A stretch of 64,000 nucleotides of DNA. Source: a virus. A program made the translations under genes and the position numbers. The notes beneath the pieces were generated by a model. That model ran no database searches and was not told the origin of the DNA. It saw only the letters and a list, made by a program, of their open reading frames with translations. The DNA is taken from IMG/VR virus record IMGVR_UViG_3300020190_000008; one strand, 5' to 3'. The stretch's first letter is position 1. Each line of letters begins with the position of its first letter. Below are positions 19,825-28,099 of this stretch, in pieces.

Positions 19825-21495
19825 TCAACATTCTTTTCTTAATTCAGCATCATAAAAATCAAAACGGTTGTGTTCTGTTGGTGTAATAAGTAATAGTCCA
19901 GGTTTTATATTACCTTTAATAGTTTCTTGAAAATTATAGGACATTAGGGTTTGTTCATATGGAAAATCAAATCTATTTTTCAAATAACATTTGTAATTTC
20001 CTTCCTTTGACATAAGAATTGGCCAATTAGAAAGATATATTTGACCACTAGCGTATGGTAGACCATTATATGACTTTATATTTTTAAATTCTAAACAAGG
20101 TGCTTCTGGGTCATAACCTTGGACTGGCAAGTTAGGTTTTTTTGGCCAATAGTTTTGTCTAAATTCTTGTGGTACATTATACCAGGACCATTGTGTTTGG
20201 TGTGAACCAAAAAATTCTGTAAAGTTCATTTTGAGAAAATCAAACTCTTCTGTCTTTAATATATTTAATGTTTTTGAAAAAAGGTTTTCCACATATCGGT
20301 TAAATCCATTTTTACAAACACCAGAATTTTTATTCACAAATCCCATATCATCTTCAAAGAAAAAATAATAACCCAAGTCTTCTTCTTTGTTGAAATGTTC
20401 GGAAATAAATTGTCTCCCACCAGTTATACCAATATTATCTTTTTTAATATGTTCAAAACCATATCTTAAACAAAGTTCATTATATTTCGGTGTTGTGTTT
20501 AAATCCGTTGAGTTATTTAATAAAAACTTCTTTGTTCCGTTAATAAAATTTGGGTCATAAAATAACATACTTTTTATTAATGACTCAAACTGTGATGGTG
20601 AATTAAAACTTATAACATATAAACCAACACCATTAGATTTTGTGTTTGATTTTATAATTTTGTTTTTTTTATTTTTAATTACAACTGTATTATTTTTTAC
20701 GTCTTCAAAAAATTTATACACCAAACCATTTGATTCTATTTCACAATAATCAATCATAGATGGATAAAGATAAGTCATTATTGTAAAAATACTTTCTTCG
20801 GTCCCCATTAAATTCTTGTTCAATGTGTCTATTAATAATTGATAATATAAAACATTTAAGTCGGCAATTTTTTCTTTTGTACCACCAAAAAATCCACCCC
20901 TCGATACAAATTCTGTTTTCATTTTCGTATAGTCACACATTTTTTTATAATCAAATCCGTGAACTTCATTTTCAGCATTATAAGGAAATACAATAAACAT
21001 AAATTTATCAAATAAATTTTTCATTTTGTTCAAAACATTGTCACGAGTAAAATACCCAACATTAACCGTGTTAGTTAATCCAGCGTCAATCCAGTAAAGT
21101 TTTTCAGAATTAAAAGGGTCAAGTAATGAAGCGTCATGTAATAAAAACATTTTGGACATCACAAGTGGATTGTAATATTCTAATCTTGCTTGTGTTGATT
21201 CTTTTAACCACCCAGAAATATTATACCAATTGGGATTTGTTCTTATTTTTTGAATTTTATCAAAGTATTCGTTATTTCTAAACCAAGATAAATCCCTATT
21301 AATAAATTCTGTATTATGTGTTTTTCTATATTTGAATACAAATTCTTTTAATTTATTATCACCAAAAACAATTAAGTTACAATCTATTTCTAAAAGTTCT
21401 TTGAATTTTTCTAAATAATATTCAAAAGACCTATTCCATCCTTCATTAAGATTACTTCTACCAATATCCCATAAACCAGTTACAAGTGTTATCAT
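19825..21495 (-). CDS. HtrL/YibB-like glycosyltransferase fused to a GT-A-like domain
   Basis: TLVTGLWDIGR, YWIDAG, RGGFFGG, GTEE; second domain with FFEDD. Confidence 0.75.
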   Translation of the reverse strand: MITLVTGLWDIGRSNLNEGWNRSFEYYLEKFKELLEIDCNLIVFGDNKLKEFVFKYRKTHNTEFINRDLSWFRNNEYFDKIQKIRTNPNWYNISGWLKESTQARLEYYNPLVMSKMFLLHDASLLDPFNSEKLYWIDAGLTNTVNVGYFTRDNVLNKMKNLFDKFMFIVFPYNAENEVHGFDYKKMCDYTKMKTEFVSRGGFFGGTKEKIADLNVLYYQLLIDTLNKNLMGTEESIFTIMTYLYPSMIDYCEIESNGLVYKFFEDVKNNTVVIKNKKNKIIKSNTKSNGVGLYVISFNSPSQFESLIKSMLFYDPNFINGTKKFLLNNSTDLNTTPKYNELCLRYGFEHIKKDNIGITGGRQFISEHFNKEEDLGYYFFFEDDMGFVNKNSGVCKNGFNRYVENLFSKTLNILKTEEFDFLKMNFTEFFGSHQTQWSWYNVPQEFRQNYWPKKPNLPVQGYDPEAPCLEFKNIKSYNGLPYASGQIYLSNWPILMSKEGNYKCYLKNRFDFPYEQTLMSYNFQETIKGNIKPGLLLITPTEHNRFDFYDAELRKEC

Positions 21496-22736
21496 AAATT
21501 ACCAACTAACCTATCACACCAACCTTTTGATTTCGAATGTGGCCATACAACCCAATATTTTGGTTTTTCTTTTGCGTTAAATTCCCTCCATATTTTTCCG
21601 TAACCATCGGTATCATTTTTTATTTTTTGTATTTCATCTTCTTGAGCGTCTGAACGATATATTGTTTCATTCCTATCATTATGAAAAGCAACAACTAAAA
21701 AGTCATAATCTTTTTCTGGGATTTTATCTAATGGAACATCAATACAATGTTTGAATATTCTTAAAAAACTCCCTTTCCATTCATCTTCGTTTTTATAATC
21801 ATAAGGGTTTGGTGGATAGTTTCTATCTACTGTATATTGTTGTACAGATCTTTTTTCGAAAAGAATACCAGCATATTTTTCGTAATCACGTATTGTTCTT
21901 TCTTTTCCAAAACCATATTTTAATTTTCCTTCAAATTTTTCACCATCAACACCTAATACTTTTCTATTTTTCGAATGTGAACTTTCATTTTTCTTATACC
22001 ATACACTATCATCATCCCATTGTTTTGTTCTATTCTTTCTTGTATATTCATGCCAAATAACAATTCTATTTGGGTGAAATAAATCATATCCGTGTGTGTA
22101 TGCTCTGACAGCAATTGAAATTTCTTCCCCGTGAAAATAATATTCTGGGTCGTGTTGAACCTCAACTGAAAATTTACCCAATGTAAAACAAAAATGGCCG
22201 GAATAAAATCTTGATGGAATTGGTTTTTTTAGTTCTTTCCATTCTGGTATTATTTCTGGTAAAAAGAAAACAACACCTTCTGGTGTGAATCTATCAAATA
22301 CCATTCTCCAAGGGTCTCTAACTCTACCTTGTGGGTCATTGTCAGGGTCAAAAGACGAAACGTAACCTGTGAGTAATGGTTTTTTATATCCGTCTTTTTG
22401 TAATTCCTTCAACATATAAATTAGACTAACATCCCAATCTTTTTCAAAACGCATATGGGAATCAATCTGTAATGTATAAGTTTCACCACTATATAATTGT
22501 TGTACTTGGTTACGAGCCCAACAGACACCGGTGGATGCTGTATAAATAATATTCAAAATTCTAAATCTATTATCATCTTTATATTCTGATAAATCATCAA
22601 AACTATCTTTCGGATGATATTGTCTTGCAATTCCTAATTTCAAATTTTCTGGATATTTTGCCTTATCCAACATATCTTTAATTGTTGGTATAAGTTGTGG
22701 GTCCCTGTAAGATGCTATTTGCACAAATATTGTCAT
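21492..22736 (-). CDS. GT60-like (Gnt1-type) polypeptide GlcNAc transferase
   Basis: TIFVQIASYRD, GVCWAR, LQIDSHMRF, FHGEE, AYTHGYD. Confidence 0.8.
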   Translation of the reverse strand: MTIFVQIASYRDPQLIPTIKDMLDKAKYPENLKLGIARQYHPKDSFDDLSEYKDDNRFRILNIIYTASTGVCWARNQVQQLYSGETYTLQIDSHMRFEKDWDVSLIYMLKELQKDGYKKPLLTGYVSSFDPDNDPQGRVRDPWRMVFDRFTPEGVVFFLPEIIPEWKELKKPIPSRFYSGHFCFTLGKFSVEVQHDPEYYFHGEEISIAVRAYTHGYDLFHPNRIVIWHEYTRKNRTKQWDDDSVWYKKNESSHSKNRKVLGVDGEKFEGKLKYGFGKERTIRDYEKYAGILFEKRSVQQYTVDRNYPPNPYDYKNEDEWKGSFLRIFKHCIDVPLDKIPEKDYDFLVVAFHNDRNETIYRSDAQEDEIQKIKNDTDGYGKIWREFNAKEKPKYWVVWPHSKSKGWCDRLVGNL

Positions 22737-22752
22737 AGTTAGTTAAAAATAA

Positions 22753-22971
22753 CTAACACTCATAAAAATTAAATAATTCACAACCGTTTGAATCTATAAG
22801 TTTTACAACTAATGAATCAACATTATTTAGAGGTTGTGGAACTTCAAATGTGTATGTAGAAATGTATGTACCACCAGATACTAGATAACAATATGTATTT
22901 GTAATATCACATACATAGACATCATATGGGGGTGTTCCAGTTGTTCCAGATATTGTTATCTCGTGTGACAT
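22753..22971 (-). CDS. Small structural-type protein
   Basis: GTPPYDVYVCD and DSNGC motifs (SprB-repeat-like ends); ORF track. Confidence 0.6.
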   Translation of the reverse strand: MSHEITISGTTGTPPYDVYVCDITNTYCYLVSGGTYISTYTFEVPQPLNNVDSLVVKLIDSNGCELFNFYEC

Positions 22972-23264
22972 ATTAATAACTCATTAGACTTAATTTTGGT
23001 GTGGGTTACAGTTTTTGTTCCTATAGGAGTATTTTTAGGTGTAGGTCTTGGTACATCTAAAAAGTTTGTACAATTACCACCATCTGTCGATATTGTATAT
23101 GTTCCATAAATTTCTTGTGGCGGTGTTAATAAATCAGGTTGAAATGTATATGGAACTGTAACTAAACCTATATTTATAGTAATATTACTATTATCTGGTT
23201 TAAATAAGATTTGGGCTGGTTCACCACTAAAATTTACACTTTGTATTGTTATAATTTGACTCAT
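22956..23264 (-). CDS. Hypothetical structural-type protein with short Pro/Thr tail
   Basis: ORF track; TATTTATA motif at 23274-23281. Confidence 0.6.
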   Translation of the reverse strand: MSQIITIQSVNFSGEPAQILFKPDNSNITINIGLVTVPYTFQPDLLTPPQEIYGTYTISTDGGNCTNFLDVPRPTPKNTPIGTKTVTHTKIKSNELLICHTR

Positions 23265-23294
23265 CGTATTTTTTATAAATACAATGAAAAAGAT

Positions 23295-23735
23295 TTATTT
23301 TTTGATTTTAATTAATTTATACCAAGCTCTTTCGTGTAGAAAATAGATAAAGGGTTTAATTAATAATTCACCCAAACCAATTAAAGAAGAAACTTCTAAT
23401 GAAGCACCAAGAAATAATGCCGTAGCTATTGTTGTCAGTGTTGCAAAAAAACGATACGTTAAAGTTTTTAGTATGTGTCTAATGACAACCGAATCTTCTT
23501 TTATTGTTGTAATGTATGCAGTATTATTTTTTACAACACAATTACCAACACAACTAATATGCCATTTATAATCATTTATTTCTGGCATCCAGTCTTTTGT
23601 TGTTTGAGTGTGTCCGTCAATTATAATATCTGAAACCAAGATTTCATTTCCGTTTTCAAGTAATCTCCATCTTTCTGTATCATTTTTTGATACGGTATTA
23701 TATCTAATTTGATATGTTTTGTTCTGTGTTTTCAT
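23295..23735 (-). CDS. Two-domain protein with C-terminal DUF2061-like membrane domain
   Basis: RHILKTLTYR...YFLHERAW. Confidence 0.7.
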   Translation of the reverse strand: MKTQNKTYQIRYNTVSKNDTERWRLLENGNEILVSDIIIDGHTQTTKDWMPEINDYKWHISCVGNCVVKNNTAYITTIKEDSVVIRHILKTLTYRFFATLTTIATALFLGASLEVSSLIGLGELLIKPFIYFLHERAWYKLIKIKK

Positions 23736-24183
23736 TTGTTAGATAGTTTAAAACATCTTCTTGTATTGAAATATCAACCATTTTTTTCCAATAATCGTCA
23801 TCATTTTTTATTGAATTTCTAATTCCTGTTGCGGAAATACCACCAATATCTTTTGGTGGAATGAACTCATTAATTTCATATCCAACACCTCTACCAAAAT
23901 TAACAGACTCAATATCTGGAATAACAATAACTTTAACGTCGTCATTTTTTGACTGGTGATATTTTTTAATCATAGAAACCGTCTGTTCAGTTGTAAAAGG
24001 ATTTTTTTCATCTGGTTCAATATCCCTAACCATAATTAAAACTGGACTTCCATTTTTTAATTTTTGTTGAATAAGTTCGATATGTCCATAATGATACGGT
24101 TGGAAGCGGCCTATAAAAATTGCATATTTTTTACTTTCATTATCTGTTGCTCTTCCACCATAATTTTTTCTTTCCCAATTCAT
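23704..24183 (-). CDS. HxGH nucleotidyltransferase (cytidylyltransferase-like; candidate minimal ATP sulfurylase)
   Basis: GRFQPYHYGH and ISATGIR motifs; adjacent to cysC. Confidence 0.75.
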   Translation of the reverse strand: MNWERKNYGGRATDNESKKYAIFIGRFQPYHYGHIELIQQKLKNGSPVLIMVRDIEPDEKNPFTTEQTVSMIKKYHQSKNDDVKVIVIPDIESVNFGRGVGYEINEFIPPKDIGGISATGIRNSIKNDDDYWKKMVDISIQEDVLNYLTNENTEQNISN

Positions 24184-24635
24184 ATATGTTTAATAATTTC
24201 ATTTAATGTTATTTGTGGGTCAACACCAGTTGTATCAAGGTCTATAAATTTTTCTAATGGTTTTTCATATTCATCCGTGTGATAATGTTCTCTACCACGT
24301 ATGTCTGTTGTGTGAACATAAAATTCAACCAATAAATTTTGTAAGTCATATTTAAAACTTTCTCTTAGTTCTTTGTAAGGTGCAACCAAGCTTACAATCA
24401 CATCATATCCTTGAACTAATAAGAATTTTGCAATGTCTTGTGCTCTTTTTATATTTTCTTCGCGACCTTTTCTACCGTATTTTTGGTTATTAAAAAGTCT
24501 TCTTAATTCATCACCATCAATATGGAATACTTTATTTCCATATTCTTTTTCTAAAATTGTTTTTAACATTGTTGCCAAAACAGTCTTACCAGCACCTGGT
24601 TGTCCTGTAAACCAATAAATCTTTTTTTCTTTCAT
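24180..24635 (-). CDS. cysC: Adenylyl-sulfate (APS) kinase
   Basis: WFTGQPGAGKT P-loop, IDGDELR, REENIKRA, SLVAPY, YEKP; ATG start MKEKK preferred. Confidence 0.85.
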   Translation of the reverse strand: MKEKKIYWFTGQPGAGKTVLATMLKTILEKEYGNKVFHIDGDELRRLFNNQKYGRKGREENIKRAQDIAKFLLVQGYDVIVSLVAPYKELRESFKYDLQNLLVEFYVHTTDIRGREHYHTDEYEKPLEKFIDLDTTGVDPQITLNEIIKHI

Positions 24636-24637
24636 AA

Positions 24638-25456
24638 TCAAAAATAACCGAATTGATCGTAAAACCATTGATGTTTTTGTTTTATCCAGTTACAAGCCGG
24701 TGTTCCTAAAACTTCTTTATAATCAAGTTTTAATGGTTGTATTTTAGATTTAATTGTGTGGTCACCATAAATTCCATAAACAGAGTCATCTTCAACAGTT
24801 ATTTGTTCTACATTATTAAAATCGTGTTCAAAATAAGGTAATTCAAGATAATTATAAATTCTTTCCATTTCTTTTTTTGGGTTCGAAGTAAAATCTTCGA
24901 ATTTTACAAATAACATTTTTTGATTAATACCTTCTTTGAAAACTTGATAAAGTCGTTCTACGGCCAAACCAACTGGTTGAGACTGTGACCAAATATCAAT
25001 TCTTTTTTCTGTTGTTGTTCCTTGCATCTGTGCGTGATTAACAATACCAGAATCCATATGTTGACTTTTTCTAAAATTCTTTTCCATAGAAGCAAAAATT
25101 CCACGTAAATCTCTAACCATACAAATTATTTTAGGTTCTGGATAAAAAGAATTTAAAAAACCATAATGAATACCCCAACCCCTACTTTTATCTAAGATGT
25201 ATGGTCTATCTGTTACACCGTTAAAAAAACCCAACATTCCTTGATTACAGAAATTTAAGAATCCATTTTTCATCAATTCAGCGTCTTGTGCTTTGAATTC
25301 TGGAGATGATGTGTAATTAGCTCTGGCTGCGTAAACCAATTCTAAAACACCCGATGTTGGCGTTACGTAAAATTCAGGATTTTGTCCCATGACATTTTGA
25401 AGTAATGTTGATCCAGCTCTGGGGAGTGAGCTTTGGAAAAATATTTTTTGTACCAT
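24638..25456 (-). CDS. PAPS-dependent sulfotransferase
   Basis: SSLPRAGSTLL (5'-PSB loop), DKSRGW, MVRDLRGIFASM (3'-PB). Confidence 0.88.
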   Translation of the reverse strand: MVQKIFFQSSLPRAGSTLLQNVMGQNPEFYVTPTSGVLELVYAARANYTSSPEFKAQDAELMKNGFLNFCNQGMLGFFNGVTDRPYILDKSRGWGIHYGFLNSFYPEPKIICMVRDLRGIFASMEKNFRKSQHMDSGIVNHAQMQGTTTEKRIDIWSQSQPVGLAVERLYQVFKEGINQKMLFVKFEDFTSNPKKEMERIYNYLELPYFEHDFNNVEQITVEDDSVYGIYGDHTIKSKIQPLKLDYKEVLGTPACNWIKQKHQWFYDQFGYF

Positions 25457-25459
25457 AAA

Positions 25460-26344
25460 TTAATTTTTTAGTGTTTCAATTATTTCGTTTATATTAAAGA
25501 TGTTTGTATCGAATAAAGGACATTCGTGAATAGTACCATTGAAGTTATAATCAAATAAGTAACTATCTGGTAATTTAACTGTTGTTGGTAATTCGGCAAT
25601 AACATTTGTATGTATTGGATAACCGAATACTTTTGGTGATGTACCAATCCATAATACAGTTGATGTAAGACCCATAGCCGCTGCTGCATGTTGTAAACAA
25701 GAATCAATTAATAATCTTTTTTGAGCATATGCTAGTAACGAAAATAATTCCATATTAGACATAGGTTCTGTGTGTGCTTCAACATTTTGTAAAACATTTG
25801 TTTGATCTCTACAAATTTGTATTATATGATAATATTGTGAAAATTGGTCAACAATTTTTTGTGCAACATCAAATGGAATGTCTCTTGTCCAAGAATATGG
25901 AAATGGTTGTTCTTGTAGTGGACCACCATTTGTTTGAATAACCATTATAGGTTTTTCACGTTTCCATTTATTAAATGCAACTTGTTGTTGTCTTAAATTG
26001 AAAGATAGTATTGGCATTTCATTATTGTATTCTAAACCAAAAAGTTTACACCAATTCATAATTAATGGTAATTTTTTCTGAATATGATCAGTTGTAAAAT
26101 ATGGTTCGTGTTTAAAAATTAAACTATCTTTATTTTTAATGTAATCATCATAAAAATAAGGTGTTATACCAATTCTATATACCCTATCTACAAAATCTAA
26201 ATTTAAAAATATTTCTGGGTAAGCACAAACAATTATCAATTCCCTATCTGGATGATTATTTTTTATACATTTTGCAACTGCCGTTGATAGAACGTGTTTT
26301 CCTAATCCACCTTCTAAATGAAATATCGAATATTTTTTTCCCAT
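25460..26344 (-). CDS. GT9-like (GT-B) glycosyltransferase
   Basis: EGGLGKHV, LIDSCLQHAAAA, VLWIGTSPKVFGY. Confidence 0.7.
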   Translation of the reverse strand: MGKKYSIFHLEGGLGKHVLSTAVAKCIKNNHPDRELIIVCAYPEIFLNLDFVDRVYRIGITPYFYDDYIKNKDSLIFKHEPYFTTDHIQKKLPLIMNWCKLFGLEYNNEMPILSFNLRQQQVAFNKWKREKPIMVIQTNGGPLQEQPFPYSWTRDIPFDVAQKIVDQFSQYYHIIQICRDQTNVLQNVEAHTEPMSNMELFSLLAYAQKRLLIDSCLQHAAAAMGLTSTVLWIGTSPKVFGYPIHTNVIAELPTTVKLPDSYLFDYNFNGTIHECPLFDTNIFNINEIIETLKN

Positions 26345-26360
26345 AATATGATTATAAAAT

Positions 26361-27278
26361 TTAATTTTTGTTAGTAAAGATAATTGCTTCGTTGATTTTA
26401 TCTATCAACATACTTGGTGTAATCTTTGTGTGACATTCGTTTTCTCTTTCTGTCCCCAAAAATATTGGACATTTTGTTTTTATATTAGGAAACATATTAA
26501 AACATCCATTACAAACATAAGGGTTTCTAACTCTAAAACAATCAAATTCGTTTTGACTTTTCGTGAAATTAGAAATCATAACAACTGGTACGCCATAGGC
26601 CCAGGCAAGCCAAGAAAGTCCAGACGATAACCCAACAAAAAATCTTGAGTTGACAATATGGTCAATTGCAACATTTAAATCATTGTGGCCGTGAAAACCA
26701 ATAACATTTTTTAAATTAATCGTATCTTCATAAGAAATGTTGTAAACATCATAACCACCATTATGTAAAGAATCAACAACTTCTTGCCAACCCATATTAC
26801 CATTATATTTCCATTGTGAAATTTCTTTGATTGTTTCTGGACCTATTGTTATTTTTTTTTGGTCTATTGTTCTCAGTTTTGGAATTACGGGACATTTACC
26901 TGGTTTTGTATCTTGTGGTAAACGCATTGTATCCTTCGCGGCATAAAACATACCACCCAATGTATGTGACATATTATTTTTATCATAACCAATATCAAGT
27001 AACTTGTCTATTTCAATAAAACCATTTTGATTTGCATTTGTAAATTCATAGTCTGACCTATTTGATTTTAAAAGATGTGGAAAAAATGTTGTAACCCAAA
27101 CATATTTTGGTTTATGATAATCCATAAAAGCATCCATTAAAGATGAAAAACAAATTGTATCACCCAAACAGAATGAATCAAAATGTAATAATAATTCTTT
27201 ACCTTCAAAATTTTCTAAATTAGGTTCCCTTTCATTGTAGTTCATCAATTCAGATTTTTCGTAATGCCTTTTAACCAT
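26361..27278 (-). CDS. Aah/TibC-like autotransporter heptosyltransferase homologue
   Basis: CLGDTI catalytic-Asp motif, FVGLSSGLSWLAWA..PVVMISNFT, Cys cluster CNGC...CP...EC. Confidence 0.8.
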   Translation of the reverse strand: MVKRHYEKSELMNYNEREPNLENFEGKELLLHFDSFCLGDTICFSSLMDAFMDYHKPKYVWVTTFFPHLLKSNRSDYEFTNANQNGFIEIDKLLDIGYDKNNMSHTLGGMFYAAKDTMRLPQDTKPGKCPVIPKLRTIDQKKITIGPETIKEISQWKYNGNMGWQEVVDSLHNGGYDVYNISYEDTINLKNVIGFHGHNDLNVAIDHIVNSRFFVGLSSGLSWLAWAYGVPVVMISNFTKSQNEFDCFRVRNPYVCNGCFNMFPNIKTKCPIFLGTERENECHTKITPSMLIDKINEAIIFTNKN

Positions 27279-28014
27279 CTTTGTATTTTAAAATTTTAGA
27301 GTAATATTCAAACCAATATCTTTCTTGCCATATTGTTCCTTCTTCCAAATATACCAAAGGTTTTTGTTGCCAAGGTTTTTTAACAATGTAGTGTAAAATT
27401 TTGATGTGTTTTGGAAGACCAGTGTTTTTAAAAATTTCTTTCGAATAAGTTTTCAAATAGTTATACGAAATTGGTATTTCGGTTATATTTTCATAGAAAT
27501 AATTATTTATGATGTCTTGGTCCAGATGTTCTGTAATGCCATAAATTATTGTAAGATGAATTAAATCGTTTGTAATTTTTTCTGATAAGTATTTTTTTGA
27601 TATTACAAGAACACCAGTGTTGTATTGATCAATATATAAATCTCTAACACCACCAATATCACCATCAAAATCAATAAGGTAATCTATATTTCCTAAAACA
27701 ACGACATCTGAATCTAAAAATATAATTTTTTCAAATTCAGTCAAGGAAAAAATTTCATACTTGGTGTAATCACCAAAAGACATTTGTTGTTCTTTTAATT
27801 TTTCTATTTCAGAATATTTTTTAGAATCAAATTTTTTTATGTCTATATTATTATAAATTTTTCTTGATGTTACCAAATCTTCTTGTGTTAAATCATTTGT
27901 TATTACTACAAATGGTAAATTGTCTTTAACAACTCTTGGGTTATTATCAATTAAAGATTTTAACATTACCTCAAACCCAATGAGATAATCTTTATTACAT
28001 ACAGACACAAACAT
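27271..28014 (-). CDS. GT8 glycosyltransferase
   Basis: IFLDSD, YNTGV, DQDIIN, LHY..KKPW. Confidence 0.85.
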   Translation of the reverse strand: MFVSVCNKDYLIGFEVMLKSLIDNNPRVVKDNLPFVVITNDLTQEDLVTSRKIYNNIDIKKFDSKKYSEIEKLKEQQMSFGDYTKYEIFSLTEFEKIIFLDSDVVVLGNIDYLIDFDGDIGGVRDLYIDQYNTGVLVISKKYLSEKITNDLIHLTIIYGITEHLDQDIINNYFYENITEIPISYNYLKTYSKEIFKNTGLPKHIKILHYIVKKPWQQKPLVYLEEGTIWQERYWFEYYSKILKYKDG

Positions 28015-28040
28015 AAAAAAAAAATAAAAAAAACTTTATA

Positions 28041-28072
28041 AAAATAAAGAACCCCAACTTTGAATTTGGGTT
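28041..28072 (-). terminator. Possible weak terminator between fibre gene and GT8
   Basis: Minus strand AACCCAA...TTGGGGTT followed by CTTTATTTT. Confidence 0.45.
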
Positions 28073-28099
28073 ATTATAAAAAATTATTTTGTATTTTAA

